Part shown: positions 11,349 through 24,127 of the stretch, one piece after another
How positions within the stretch are numbered: position 1 is the stretch's first letter
Layout of the letters: each line of letters opens with the position of its first letter
NCBI GenBank assembly: GCA_965240325.2
Contig: OZ251234.1
Span: 62,001-126,000 of the forward strand
From: Rebecca billardiae RCC1528
Taxonomy: Eukaryota > Protista > Haptophyta
Direction of reading: 5' to 3'
DNA: 64,000 nucleotides
Translations under genes and position numbers: made by a program
The notes under the pieces: model-generated
Told to the model about the DNA's origin: nothing
Seen by the model: only the letters and a program-made list of their open reading frames with translations
Databases searched by the model: none

Positions 11349-14300
11349 GTGGAGCAGCTGCTCGCGGCGGAGGGCGCGGCGCAGCAGGCGGGCAAGGGGA
11401 TGTGGACGACCGAGGACGGCGCCGCGCAGCGCGAGACGCGCGTCGTCGACTACGCCCCCGACCCCGCCGCGCTGGTCGGCCGTCTGCGCGGGCAGCGGTG
11501 CGAGGCGGTGGTGGAGCACGTGCTCAGCGGCTCCTCGCTGCGGCTGCTGCTGCTGCCGCACTTCGAGCAGGTGACGCTGCTGCTCGCGGGCGTGCTGACG
11601 CCGTCGATCCGCCGCGGCGCGGACGGCGGCCCCGAGGAGGCCCAGCCCTACGCGCGCGAGGCGCGCTTCTTCACCGAGTCGCGCGTGCTGCACCGCACCG
11701 TGCGGGCCTCGCTCGGCGGCGTCGACAAGAGCGGAGCGCTCGTCGGCTGCGTGTTCCACGTGTCGCAGGAGATCGACCTGGGCGTGGAGCTGCTCAAGGC
11801 GGGGCTGGCGCGCGTGGCCGACTGGTCCATCCAGTACTCCCCCGCCGCGCCGCAGCTCCGCCACGCCGAGGCCTCCGCCAAGGCCGCCCGGCTCGCGCTG
11901 TGGCGAGGCTACTCGCCGCCGGTCGCCGCGGGCGGGATGGGTGAGTACACGGCGCGCGTCGTCGAGGCGGTGTCGGCGGACACGCTGGTGGTGGTGCCCG
12001 TGCCGCCCGCCGGCGCCGGCGCCGGCGCGCCGGCCCCCGCCGACGAGCGCCGCGTCTACCTCGCCTCCGTCCGCGCGCCGCGCCTCGGCAACGAGCGGCG
12101 CGGCGACTTGGGCGAGCCATACAGCTACGAGGCCAAGGAGGCGGCGAGGCGGCTGGCGGTCGGGCGGCGCGTGAAGGTGGTGCCGGAGTACGTGCGCAAG
12201 CTGCCGGCGACGGAGGGCGGCGAGGGCGGCGGCGGCGGGCCCGCGCGCCCCGAGGCCGAGCGCGTCTACGCCACCGTCTTCACCGGCGAGCGCACCAACC
12301 TCGGCGAGAAGCTGATCTCGCTCGGGCTCGCTCACGCCAACACGCTCGGCCGCTCGGACGAGCGCTCGGCGCACATCGACGCGCTGATGGAGGCGGAGCG
12401 CGGCGCGAAGGAGGCGAAGGTGGGGGTGCACTCGGGCAAGAAGAGCTCGGCGCTCACGCCCGCCGGCTGCCAGGACCTCACGCTCCCGGGCAACCGCGAG
12501 CGCGCCCGCGCCTTCCTGCCCGCGCTGCAGCGCGACGCGCGCGTGCGCGCGGTCGTGCTGCATGTCGTGAACGGCGGCCGGTACAAGCTGCTGGTGCCCA
12601 AGGAGGCGTGCGTGCTCTCGTTCGCGCTGGCGGGGGTGCGCTGCCCGCAGACGGCGCGGCGGGACCAGCCGGGCGGCGTCGCCGAGCCCTACGCCGACGA
12701 GGCCCTCGCCTTCGCCCGCGCGCACCTCCTGCAGCGCGACGTCGAGATCGAGGTGGAGGCGGTCGACAAGGCGGGCACGTTTCTCGGACACGTCACGCCG
12801 CTCGACACCAAGAAGCCCACCGCGCCCGCGCTGCTCGAGGCGGGGCTGGCGCGGCGGATCCCGCCGGCGGCGGACCGCTCGCGCCACGCCGCGGAGCTCG
12901 AGGCCGCCGAGCGCCGCGCCCTCGACGCGCGCCTCCGCATCTGGGCCGACTACGAGGAGCCGGCCGAGGCGGCGGCGGAGGAGGAGGGCGCGGGCGCGGA
13001 GGCGGCCATGCTGCTCGCGTCCGCGACCGCCGCGCTCTCCACGGCCGAGGGCGGCGGCGCGGGCGGCTCGAACGGCGCGGGCTCCGCGGCGACCGCCGCG
13101 CTCGTCGAGGCCCTCGGACGCCTCACCGTCCTCGACGTCTCCGGCACCGACGTCGTCGACGGCGCGACGTTCTACGCGCAGCCCGCGCGCGCGGAGACGG
13201 CGCGGCACGCGGAGGCGATCGCGACCGCCCTCGCGCGCGCGGCCGAGGCGCCGCCGCTGCGCGAGGTGAAGGCGGGCGCGACGGTGGCCGCGCCGTTCGC
13301 GGCGGACGGGCTGTGGTACCGCGCCAAGGTGCTCTCGCTCTCGCCCGGCGCCAAGGGCGGCTCCGGCCGCGCCTCCGTCTCCTTCGTCGACTATGGCAAC
13401 CAGCAGGCGCGCGCGCGCCGCACGCGCCGCCGCGCGCGAGCGCTGCGCCGCGCGCCGCGCGCGCGCCCGCACGCGCGCTGTGACGGACCCCTCGCCCGCG
13501 CCGCCGCCGCCGCCGCCGCCGCCACCGCGCGCAGGACGTGGCGGTCTCCGACCTGCGGCCGCTCGACCCGTCGCTGCTGCCCTCCGCCATCCCGCCCCTC
13601 GCCGTGAAGTGCTCGCTCGCCTACATCGCCGCGCCGCCGGTCGGCACGGACGGTGCGCGCACCGCGCCGCACCGCACCGCACCGCACCGCACCGCACCGC
13701 ACCTCGCCCGCGGCACCGGCGCACGCGGCGCGTCCGGGCGGTCCCGCGCGCGTGCTGACGCGCGGCACGGCTCCGCGCCGCCCCCTGCGCAGGCGAGCCC
13801 GACGAGGAAGGCGTCGAGTGCGCCATGGCGCTCTCCGAGCTCGTGCTCAACCGGCCGGTGCGCGCGCGCGTCGAGTCCAAGCAGCCGTCCGCGCACGAGC
13901 TGAGCGTGAGCGTGCTGCTGCCCGAGCGGGAGCGCGCGGCGAGCTCGGCCGAGGACGCGGCGGAGGGGGCGAGCGGCAGCGCCAAGACGCCCACCGTGCC
14001 GGAGACGCTCAACAACGAGCTTGTCTCGCTGGTGCGCGCGCGCGCGCCGACACGCCCCGTGCGTGCGTGCGACGCCGCCCGCCGCCACCGCGCGCGCTCA
14101 CGGCCGCGCCGCCGTCGCGCGCGCGCGCAGGGCCTGGCGCGTGTGCTGAGGCGGCCTGAGGCGCGCAACCACACGACGGCCGCGCAGCTCGAGCTGCTGC
14201 GCGCCACGCAGGAGGTGGCCAAGAAGGCGCGGTGAGGCGCCGCGCGCGCGCCCCGCGCCCCGCGCGCGCACCGCACCCCCTCGCCCCGCGCCGCTGCTGC

Positions 14301-14451
14301 TCACCCGCCCCTCTGCCCCTCTGCGCGCCTCTCTGCGCCGCGCACCAGGCTGGGCATCTGGAAGCACGGAGACGTGGAGGAGGACGACTGCAAGGAGTTC
14401 GGCTTCACGCCGCGCAACCCCGAGGCCCCCGCGTGGGGCAAGAAGAAGTAG
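10863..14451 (+). CDS. SND1: Tudor staphylococcal nuclease (SND1/p100); several 3' introns
   Basis: Four SN repeats (VKQVLSGDTL, VEHVLSGSSL, VVEAVSADTL, VLHVVNGGRYK), Tudor FAADGLWYRAKV..FVDYGN, spliced terminal LGIWKHGDVEEDD. Confidence 0.95.
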
Positions 14452-15328
14452 ACGCCGCCCCCCGCCGCCCTGTCTGCACCCTCTCTCCCTCGTCTGCACC
14501 CGCTGTCCGCTGTCCGCCGTCCGCTGTCCGCCGTCCGCTGCCGCACCGAGTCGTGACACGGCCGTGACACGGCCGTGTCGCCCGCGTGACCCGTGTTTGT
14601 GACGCGGCCGCTGCCGAACCGCAACCGGTGTGCGCGCGGGGCCGAGCCTGTGGAGCCGCCGTTGGCATTGGCACCGCCGCACTGCGGACCCCCGCACTGT
14701 GGCACGCGGGCACCACTCGCACACCAGCGCAGATATCAGCCGGCCCGCGCCCGGCCTGTGGCTGTGCTGTGCCTGATGCGCCGCGGCCGGCCCGCGGGCC
14801 ACGCCCCGACTTGTCGGCCGCCTCCGATGCGCGTACTGACGTACTCGGGCTCGGCCCGCTCGGGCGCTGCAAACGTCCACCGTACGACTACTGCTTAGCC
14901 TGAGCTGTGTGCGTGTACAGGTGACCGTCACGTCACGGGCGTGCCCTCCGTTGATCATCGTCAATCGCTTGCTTCTCATTCGACGAGGTCAATGGTCATC
15001 AGAAACTGTGCTGTAAGTGCGGGTAATTGCGGGTGTGCAAGTCCGGGTTGCTTGTGCCGCCGTGTCCGCCGCCGGCGAATCATATCGGCGTCGCCTTTCG
15101 AGGCGCGTTCGAGGAATAGAGCTCAGCCGGCTTGATACGTCGTAAATCGTGGTCCGGTACCCGCGCAGGCTGAAAAGGGCGAAAAGCCCAATAAAAGTCC
15201 ATTGATGGTCCTGCACTCCTTGTCCTGCGGAACCAATCGGCGGAACGCCCGCCCGCTCTTTGTGACCGCCCGGAGAGTCTTCGGGCGGCCCGGCCCGCAC
15301 CTCGTGCTTGCGCCCGCTCGACACGAAA

Positions 15329-16655
15329 ATGGACGTGCGGCAACGGCGCGTGGCGTCGCTGCAGCATGGCGGCGCGAGCGGCTGGCGCGAGGTGAGCTGC
15401 GACGGCAAGTCCCTCCCCTGGTGGGGCAAGCCGACGGAGACGCCCGCCGTCTTCGCCCTCGAGCGCAGCGCGCAGGAGCTCGTGCACGAGCAGTGCACCG
15501 CCGACACGCGCGACCACGAGGACCACACCTTCTGCGGTGCGCGCGCGCGCACCGCGCGCCGCGGCGGGCGCGCCACGCCGCCGCCCCGCCCGCCACCCCG
15601 CCCACCCGCACCCGTCCCCGCCGCCGCCCGCCGCGCAGGTGTCATGTTCGACCTGGCGTGCGACACGGCGCTGCCGCTGGACTACCTCGAGGTGCAGAGC
15701 GTGTGGGTGCGCGGCCAGCTCGGGCCGATGACGGTGTGGACGACGCCGCACTCGTACGAGGGGAAGCACGAGGCGCGGTGCGACTGGACCAAGCGGTTCG
15801 AGCGCACGCTCCCGCCCTCCGCCGACGAGCTCGTCGAGCTGAAGCTTGATCCGCCGGTGCGGCTGGAGGTGGGCGAGAGCATCGGCGTGTACGTGCACTC
15901 GGGGCTGCCCGGGGACGAGGGGCTGGTGTACGACGAGCAGCGCTCGCACATCACGTGCGAGACGAGCACCTTCAAGGTCCTCCCCGGCCTCGCGCACCTC
16001 TCCAACCGCCCCTTCGGCCGGCACGGCATGTGGGGCCGGCCGTGGCGGCAGCACCGCGAGTTTGTCGGCCGTGTCGGCTACGGGCTGCGCTGGCTCATGT
16101 GGAAGCCCGCCGTGCACCACCGCTTCCCCAAGGAGTTCCAGGGCGTCGTGCGCACGCTGATGATGGTGCGCCGCCCCGCCGCGCCCCGCCGCGCGCCGCC
16201 CCGCCGCTCCCCGCGCGCTCACGCCCCCTCCGCGCGCGCCCCTCCCTCGCGCCTCCCTCGCGCCTCCCCCGCAGGCCTCGCGCCGCCCAGAGTCGCCTCT
16301 CTACCTGCTGCAGGACGAGGTGGTGCTCTTCATCGCCAACAAGTGCATGTGGACGGACTTTGGCACGAGCTCGCTGCAGCACGCCGCGCAGAACGTCACG
16401 CCCTCGCAGCGCGCCGCCGCGCTCGCCGGCCGCGCCGCGCAGTCCGCCATGGCCTCGCTCTTCGGCGCACGGCGGCGGCGCTCGGGCGGCGCGCCGGCCG
16501 CGGGCGCGGGCCCGTCGGCCGAGCCGCAGGGCGGCGCCGCGCGCTCTGAGCTGCTCGCGCTGCTCGAGGTGCTGCGCGCGCGCACACTCGCAGCGCAAGG
16601 CACGGCGGACGCGGACGCCGAGCACTCGGCATCGGAGGAGGAGGAGGAGGAGGAG

Positions 16656-16723
<68 letters not shown>

Positions 16724-16784
16724 TGACGACGACGAGTGCGAGGAGCAGGAGCAAGAGGAGGGCGCGGCTGAGAGTGAGGCCTGA
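15329..16784 (+). CDS. Hypothetical protein with beta-rich domain, WxPxxHxxFP helical motif and poly-Glu/Asp tail; introns ~15537-15638 and ~16166-16274
   Basis: Strong codon bias; GTGCGC..GCAG introns restore a continuous frame HTFC-GVMFDL..WKPAVHHRFPKEF..LLQDEVVLFIANKC. Confidence 0.7.
16636..16735 (+). repeat. (GAG)n/(GAC/GAT)n trinucleotide tract encoding poly-E/poly-D
   Basis: Directly visible. Confidence 0.9.
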
Positions 16785-17621
16785 CTGACTGGCCGCACCG
16801 CGTGCGCGCGCAGCACACACGCGCCGCTGGGTGCCGCCCTGCGCGACAGGCCCCGCGCGGCGCGTCGGTCGCTGGATCAAAGCCGGCATCGTGTGTTGCC
16901 CTGCGCAGACGCAGCGCAGGCTGCGCTGCGCGTGTGACCCTGCACGCGCCCCGTGTGCGAGGCGTCGCCGGCACCGGCAACGCTCACCGCGTCCGCCCCC
17001 GAGGCCGAGCGGACGGTGCCGCGGACGGGACGGCGTCATGCGGCGCGTGCTGACGCATGACAGTGTCGCCGTGCACAGTGTGTACAGAGCTTGCCGTGAG
17101 TCGGCCCGGCGGCCGGCTGCGGAGTGGCTGCGGTCGCGGGCCGCGGGCGGCCAACGGCAACGAGTGATCTCGAACGATTCGGCGCGTGTACAGCACTTGT
17201 TGAACACGCCGGTCGGAGTGTGTGAAGTGCGGAGATGCCCAGGCTGCAAGCTGCATTGTCAGTCATGAATCTCATGACTGTCATGTCACATCGACTATCG
17301 AGAATCAGTCCGGGCCGAGTGCACTCCAGATCGTTGCCCAGTCAGCTTCTTGCCTCTTGAGTGAGTCACTGAGTCTTGACTCTTGGCCTCTGTTCATGCC
17401 AGAATTTTACCCGCATGCAGGTTCAGACTGTCTCCGACGACTGACATACGTATCGATAGTGAGTACCGTATTACTGAAAATCGGGAGGACTCGCCGTGAA
17501 GCACACCCCGGCGGCGGCGGTGTCGGCGGAGAATCGGAGATCGGAGCGAAGAAAGAAGCGGAGCAGAGCGCGGAGCCCGCTTTTCCGATCGCGACCCGCG
17601 GGCGACGCGCATCTCAACATC

Positions 17622-18263
17622 ATGTCGACCATGGACACGCCCGCGCCGAAGAGTCGGGCCCACAAGGCGGGGCTGGTGGTCGCGCTGGTCTGCGCCACGC
17701 TGGTCGTCGCCGCGTGCCTTGTCGCCGGCGGAGGCGCTGCGCCGCCCGCGGAGGGGCGCCACGAGCGCCACCGCAGGCACCAGCACGACCGCGCGCAGGC
17801 GGAGGCGCCTTCCCCCTCGCCCTCGCCGCCGCCGCCGCCACCGCAACAGTACTGCGTGTACAACAGGGCGGACAACCGCATCCACATCGGGATGGCCGCC
17901 GGCGTGGCGTGCGGCGAGATCTCGGCGAAGCAGCACGACGTCGGCTGCGGCCGCCGCGCCACGCACAGCCCGCCGCACGAGTGCCAGCGGATGAACAAGA
18001 ACGACTGTGCGCGCAAACGCTGGGGGTGCCCCGCGCTGCCGTGCGCGGGCTGCTCTGACGCCCGCGCGCCCCCGCGCCGCCGCCCCCCGTCCGCAGGGAT
18101 ATTCGAGACGTATCACAAGCAGACCGGCCTGTGCGAGTGCCTGTTTGGCAGCAAGACGTCGGCGTGCAAGCTGGTGACAGCCGAGGAGGCGGCGGCTCTG
18201 GACAGCCCGCCCCCGCAGGCGTGCCTGGAGGGCTACGCCGCCTCGCCGGACAGCGCGGCGTGA
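17622..18263 (+). CDS. Small secreted or membrane-anchored Cys-rich protein; probable intron ~18025-18096
   Basis: Hydrophobic GLVVALVCATLVVAACLVA, Pro-rich linker, about eight Cys. Confidence 0.6.
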   Translation: MSTMDTPAPKSRAHKAGLVVALVCATLVVAACLVAGGGAAPPAEGRHERHRRHQHDRAQAEAPSPSPSPPPPPPQQYCVYNRADNRIHIGMAAGVACGEISAKQHDVGCGRRATHSPPHECQRMNKNDCARKRWGCPALPCAGCSDARAPPRRRPPSAGIFETYHKQTGLCECLFGSKTSACKLVTAEEAAALDSPPPQACLEGYAASPDSAA

Positions 18264-18894
18264 TCGACTAGGCAAGCAAATCCAGGCAGCTCGCGCGCCG
18301 CACGGGAGGTCCACGCGCACGTTGGCCGCACGTGTGGGTCGCAGGAGGCGGTGAATCACGCCCCTCGCTCCCTCGGGGCGGCCGCGCGGCCAAACGCCCG
18401 CACGGGCACGCCGCAGCCCGTCAGTCGCGGGCCGCTGTGGCCGACTGTCTCGCGCTCGGATCGTCGCCGGATGCATCGTCGTCTGACTCCGTCGCGCCAG
18501 CAGCACGGCCAGTGGCAAGCACAGCACGCACGCTGTTCCAAGCTTGCAGTAGTGACACGTGGCATACGATATCCGCGCCATGTTTAGTGATGTTATAATC
18601 GTCGTCATGCGATGATGACATCAAATACGACTGCCGACAATGGCACTGAGTGCGGCACAAAACGAGTCAGTGAACTAGTTTGTCAGTTTGACCGCTTGGA
18701 AGTTCTGAATCATACGTACAGAGTATTCCGGGGGCCTTCTGATGCCCTTTATTCGTGAGTATTCAGGGTATCTGCGAGCGCATTTTGCTATCGATCAGTT
18801 TGGGGTGTGGATGCGCCCGGCTGCGTATGATAGTTGGACGGTTTGCCGACCGCCCCGCCACGCCGCAAAGTACCACCGCCAGCTCCGCGTACCG

Positions 18895-19674
18895 ATGGCG
18901 GCACTGATTTGCAAGGGACTGTGCCTGCCGTGCAAGGCGCTGGGCGAGTGTTTCAAGGGCGCGTGCCAGTGTCTGAATGACCTGTTCGAGCCCATCGGAA
19001 AATTTCTCTGCAACCCCGAACACCCGTTCTCGACATGCTTCTTCCTCTCCTTCCTCACCACCTCCGTGCCGGCGCTGCTCACGCTGGGCATCCTGCTGTC
19101 GAGCTGGGGCGGGCTCGCGCAGTCGTGCGCCGCGTCTGGGCTGCACACGACCACGATTGTGCACGTCGCCATCTTCCTCGGCCACTTCCTCTTCGCGTAC
19201 TACCTGAACAAGTCGTTCCTCGAGGTTGAGCGCGGTCACGACGTCGTGAAGAAGTTCAAGCAGATGTTCCTGTACGACCCCGTGGTGCTGCTGTACATCG
19301 CATTCGTCATCTTCAACGTCGTGTGGCTCGGCTACACGCAGACCGCCATCGGCGAGGCCCACGCCGAGGGCTGCTGCGACGCGTACCCAGACGCGTGCAG
19401 CCTGTCGCAGGCGGTGTTTGCGCTCGAGATCGCGTTCCTCGTGCTCATGCCCGGCGTCGTGGCGCTCTCGCTCTTCAACGAGTGCTGCGTGGGCGATCGC
19501 AAGCGGGTGGAGGAGGCGCGGAAGCGGCAGCAGGAGAAGTACCAGGCGCGTGGCGGCCAGATCTCGCTCGGCGGGCGGTTGATGGGCCTGAGCGGCGCGG
19601 GCGGCTCGTCGCAGCCAAACGGCGGCGGCGCTGGCGTGGCGCAGGCGCAGCCCGCAGGTGCAGCGCGCGTCTGA
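18895..19674 (+). CDS. Four-TM membrane protein with Cys-rich N-terminus
   Basis: Coding-like codon usage; four hydrophobic segments; MAALICKGLCLPCKALGEC start. Confidence 0.75.
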   Translation: MAALICKGLCLPCKALGECFKGACQCLNDLFEPIGKFLCNPEHPFSTCFFLSFLTTSVPALLTLGILLSSWGGLAQSCAASGLHTTTIVHVAIFLGHFLFAYYLNKSFLEVERGHDVVKKFKQMFLYDPVVLLYIAFVIFNVVWLGYTQTAIGEAHAEGCCDAYPDACSLSQAVFALEIAFLVLMPGVVALSLFNECCVGDRKRVEEARKRQQEKYQARGGQISLGGRLMGLSGAGGSSQPNGGGAGVAQAQPAGAARV

Positions 19675-19982
19675 GCACCATGCGGGCGGCTGTGCCCTCG
19701 GCCGTGGGCGTTCAGCCGAGCGGCGTGGGCGTTCAGCGCCGCGTGGCACCTTCTCACTCTCACGCAACAGTCCGGCGACCGGCGCGGTCTTGGGAGGCTG
19801 TGCATAACCCGCTGCCAGTGACTAGCTGTTCCGACGCGTGTGCTTATTGGCGCATCAGAAAGACCTCGCACGGCGGTGACGCAGATAGTGGATAAAGGAT
19901 CACGTATGACGGCCGCCCGACCGGGACGGGCAGTCTCAGCGCTCGCGGTGTTTAATTTCGCCCGTCATCACGTCGTCGTGAG

Positions 19983-20013
<31 letters not shown>

Positions 20014-20094
20014 TCAGCCAAATCTCCAATAAATCGTTCCCGCGCTGAGCTGCTCGAGCCAACGGAACCGGATGACGCGGCATTGACGCCCACG

Positions 20095-21558
20095 ATGGCC
20101 ACGTCGCGGCGACGATGGATGGCGCTGGCGGTCTTGCTGGCCGTGTCCCGCGCCTCTGGCGGCCTCATGCGCGCGCAGAATGGCGCACGTTGCTACTCGC
20201 AGCCGCCTGTCACCCGGCGCCCGCCCACGCGCCGGCTCACCCCCGTGCTCTGCGCGGCCGCGCGGCCCGAGCGCGAGCGCGAGCGCGCTCGGCCGCGCCG
20301 CTCGTGGCTGCTACCGCTCGAGAGGCCCGCGGGCGCGCCAGCGTGGCTACCCGACGGGTTGGTTAGGCTACGTCCCGCACTGCAGCTCGCTGTGATGCTC
20401 GTGCTCTTCGGCGCGCACCTCGGCGGCGACGTTGTCGCGGCGCGCGCGGCGATCGCCGGGCGTGCTGCTGGCGCGCAGCAGGGTGCGCGCGCGCCGTTGG
20501 GCGCGCTGGCGGCGCTGGCCCCCGCGGAGAATGCGATCGGCGCGCTCGCCGTGGGCCTCACGGGCGCGTACGTGCTCCGCCGCCGCGTCGTCGCGCCCCT
20601 CGGCGTGCCCTGGCGCCTCGAGCCCGGCGCGCGCGGGCGCGTGCTGCCGTGCGCACTCACGCTGTGCCTCGCCTATGCGCTGGCGGCGCGCGTCTGCTGG
20701 CTCGTCGAGGCGGCGGCGGCGGTGGCGGCGAGCACGGGCGCGCTGGTGAGCCCGGGGCTCGAGTGCGCGCTCGAGGTGCTCGCCTCGCACTGCGCGTGGG
20801 TCCTCCTCGGCGTGCGCACGCTCGGGCAGAGCCTGCGCCCCTTCTTCGCACAGCCGAGCACGCCCAGCACCGCGCCCACCGCGCCCACCGCGCCCACCGC
20901 GCCCACCGCGCCCACCGCGCTGCGCCCGCCTGCCGGGCAGCAGCGGGGCGCGGAGCAGCAGCAGCGGGGCGCGGCGCAGCCGGCGGAGGGGAAGGCGGCG
21001 GGCGAGGGCGGGGCGCAGAGCGAGGGCGCGCGCGCGCCCACGCTGTGGTTCCGCGCGCGCTGGCGCGCGCCGTGGCTGTGCTGGGCCGTGCTGGCGTACG
21101 CCGGCAGTGTCGCCGTGTACGCGGCCGGTGAGGCGGCCGCGCGCGCCGCGCTGCCGCAGGCGCTGTTCGGCCGGCCGACGCTCGTGACGAGGCTGGTGCG
21201 CGGCGAGGGCGCGGGCGCGGGCGGCGGCGGCGGCGGCGGCGCGCTCGGCCCGGCCGCGCTGCTCCTCGGCTCGTTGGCGCCGTGCGTGTCCGCCCCCGTG
21301 TGGGAGGAGCTGCTGTACCGCGCGTTTGTGCTGCCCGCGCTGTGCGCGTGCGGGCTGCCGCTGTGCGTGGCGCTGCCGCTGCACGGGCTGCTCTTCGGCG
21401 CGCACCACGCCGAGCCGCGCGCGCTGCTGCCGCTCGCGTGCCTGGGCACGTGGTGGGGGTGCGTCTACGTGGCCTCCGCCAACCTCGTCGTGCCCACCGT
21501 CGCGCACGCGCTGTGGAACCTGCGCGCACTCGGCCTCGCGCTCGCGAGCTGCGGCTGA
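20095..21558 (+). CDS. CPBP/Abi (CAAX protease-like) intramembrane metalloprotease, probably plastid-targeted
   Basis: APVWEELLYR, LLFGAHH, VAHALWN motifs; N-terminal signal peptide plus Arg/Pro-rich transit-like region. Confidence 0.88.
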   Translation: MATSRRRWMALAVLLAVSRASGGLMRAQNGARCYSQPPVTRRPPTRRLTPVLCAAARPERERERARPRRSWLLPLERPAGAPAWLPDGLVRLRPALQLAVMLVLFGAHLGGDVVAARAAIAGRAAGAQQGARAPLGALAALAPAENAIGALAVGLTGAYVLRRRVVAPLGVPWRLEPGARGRVLPCALTLCLAYALAARVCWLVEAAAAVAASTGALVSPGLECALEVLASHCAWVLLGVRTLGQSLRPFFAQPSTPSTAPTAPTAPTAPTAPTALRPPAGQQRGAEQQQRGAAQPAEGKAAGEGGAQSEGARAPTLWFRARWRAPWLCWAVLAYAGSVAVYAAGEAAARAALPQALFGRPTLVTRLVRGEGAGAGGGGGGGALGPAALLLGSLAPCVSAPVWEELLYRAFVLPALCACGLPLCVALPLHGLLFGAHHAEPRALLPLACLGTWWGCVYVASANLVVPTVAHALWNLRALGLALASCG

Positions 21559-22296
21559 GCCGATCACGCCGGCCTGATCGCCGGGCTGGCCAAGCTACGG
21601 CCGTACCGGAGTGCCCGCTGGTGGGCGGCGCGGGGCCTCGCGATCGCGCGGATCGCCGATCCGAAGACGTCACATCGAGCAGAGACGATCGCTGCAGTGC
21701 TACGCGTACCGCGCTGCCTACGCGCGAGACCGTCCGCGTGACGATGAGCCACCGAGTGACCGACGCGGCCGGATGGCGGCTGCGGCATTGCGCAGTGATG
21801 ATCGCCCGCGACTATCGGGCTCGGCGAATCGTCTGATCTGCTACGAGGCGGTGGACATCGTCATCAGCGCGCAGTCATCATCATGTCATCAGCATCAGTC
21901 GTCGCGATTGATACTCATTCACATTGCGAGTGCTCCTGGCTCAGTGGCTCAGAGAGACTGACTCAGTCTCAGACGGACAGAGTCCGAAGGCTGCGCGCCC
22001 GACTCGCCAGCGGCCGCCGCCCGGGCGGCGCCGCGGTCACTCCGGTCCACGGATGCAGTGCCCGTGTAGCCAGCCATCAGCAGCATCATTCACTCTTCAG
22101 CACGACGCCAGCGATGAGCGGGCGCCGCGGCGCCGCCCTCGTCCAAAACTCCAAATGAGGCAAAACGGTGTCATCAATCAATCAATCAGTGCATCACACG
22201 GCCACCGGCTTCGACGGGACCCGGGGGCACCCCGCCCCCGCTCCGCACGCCACGCCACCCCCGCCATGCGTGTGCCCAGCGCAGCCGCGGCGGCGC

Positions 22297-23686
22297 TCAC
22301 TCGGAGGGCGGGCTCGCCGGGTGCCCGGCGCTTGGCGCGCCGTCGTCCGAGCCCACGAGCCGGCGGCGCACGCGGTGGCGCGCAAACCAGCGCATGCGCG
22401 AGAAGACGGGCGAGGGCGCGTGCGGCGGCGTGTGGTCGTCGACCGAGGGCGGGGCGGCGTCGTCCTCCTCGTCCTCGGAGGCGAAGAGGAGCGCGGCGCG
22501 GTGCGGCCCTGCGAAGCTGGGTGGCGCGGAGGGCTGCGCGCGCGCGCAGGGGTGCGCCGAGGCCGCGGGCGCAGCCGTGTCAGCCGCCAGCCGAGCCGCC
22601 GCGGGGCGGGGCGGCGCGCGCGCTCTCGGGCGCGGCGCGGCGCGGCGCGGCGCGACGCACCGCCTCGGCCTCCGCCTCGGGCTCGGGCTCCGCCGCGGCG
22701 GAGGCAGCGGTGCTGCCTTCGGCCGCACTCGACGCCCCGCCCTGCTGCCGCCCCGCGCGCCCCGCCTCCGCCCCTCCCGGCTGCGCGCTCGGCTCGAAGG
22801 CGTAGAAGGGGAGTGAGCCCAGCACGCGCAGCAGCAGCTCTGCGGGCAGGGCGGACAGCGCGCACTCGCGCTGGGAGCCCGCCCAGAGCACGCAGCGCAC
22901 GGCGGCGCGGAAGCGCGGCGGGAAGCGCGCGTGCGTCTCGCACGACCACGCCAGCGGCTGCAGCGCGAGCGGCGGCAGCGCCTTGAGCGCGCCGCTGCCC
23001 GGGTGGCGCAGCGGGGCGAACTGGACTGGCTGGAGGCGCGAGACGGAGAAGCCGTCTTCAGAGGTGCGCACCACCTTGACGAGGTACTGGTGGCCGCCGC
23101 CGTACGGCTCGTCGTCGTCCGCGTCGAACGGGCCGACCAGCACGCCGCCCACGCGCAGCAGGCGGAAGAGCGCGCGCGCCTCCCTCGGCGCGGCCGCGGA
23201 GATGTACACGCGGTCGTACGCCATCGAGGCGTGCACCGCCAGCTGGTACGCGTTGGCGCAGAAGAACTCGAGGTGGTCGGCGGAGCGGCGGGCGGCGAGC
23301 GAGCGCGCGAGGTCGACCAGCTCGGGCTGCGCCTCCACGCCGTGGTTCACCGTGTGCGGCCCCGCGAGCAGCGCGACGACGGTGGAGAGGTAGCCGGTGC
23401 CAGAGCCGAGGTGCAGGAACGAGTGGCCCTCGCGCACGTCCAGCGCCTCGAGAGCGGAGGCGTAGATCGAGGGGGCGGAGAGGTGCACCACGCCGAGCTT
23501 CACCGGCATGTCCGAGTAGTTCAGGTCCGCGCGCTCCGTGCCCACGTACTCGCCGCGGTCGACCGCGAGGAGCGCGCGCGCGATGTGCGCCGAGCTCAGC
23601 GTGCCGTCGCCCTGCAGCCGGCGCACCATGGCCTCGTTGGAGTGCTCGCGCTGGTCGATGCAGCCGATCAGGTCCATCAGGTGCAT
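22297..23686 (-). CDS. Protein-L-isoaspartate O-methyltransferase-like (PCMT/PCMTD); intron ~22582-22659
   Basis: ALLAVDRG, HLSAPSIYASALEALD, FLHLGSGTGYLS, YDRVYISAA, LRVGGVLVGPF. Confidence 0.88.
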
Positions 23687-24127
23687 GCCGACCGGGGGGC
23701 GCTGGCGGCGCTGGCGTGCGGCGGTGGCGGGAGGCGCGCGCTCGGCGGGGGGCCGCGGGGACGTCCGAGGGGGCTTTCCGCTCCCGGCTTGTTCGGGTGG
23801 GCGGGCGTCCGCGCTCGGAAGGCCGTCCAACTCGGAAACTCATCACGGCGAGGCGCCGGTTGGCCCCCCCTCTGTTGGCCGGCGGCGGCGAACGAGGGGG
23901 CGCCGTTGCACTCAGGGCGACGATTCCCGCGCGCACCCACCTCTGTGGCTCAACTTTGCGGCCGGAGTGACCGGACGACGGGAATGACCGCTCATGTCCA
24001 GGCCCGTACGCACGGACGCACGGCAGTGACGACGAGATGCCTGTCGTCCAGCCGAGCGCGGCGCGTGCGATGCACGTGTGCTCGCTGTGCGCATCATCGG
24101 CGGCGCGGGCGGGTGAGGCCGCGTCGC

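Noticed and set aside
21932-22015. tRNA-like sequence (TGGCTCAGTGG A-box; CTGACTC..GAAGGCTGCGCG)
   Set aside because: T-loop reads CCCGACT rather than TTCGA and there is no acceptor stem; at best a decayed relic. tRNAscan-SE would settle it.
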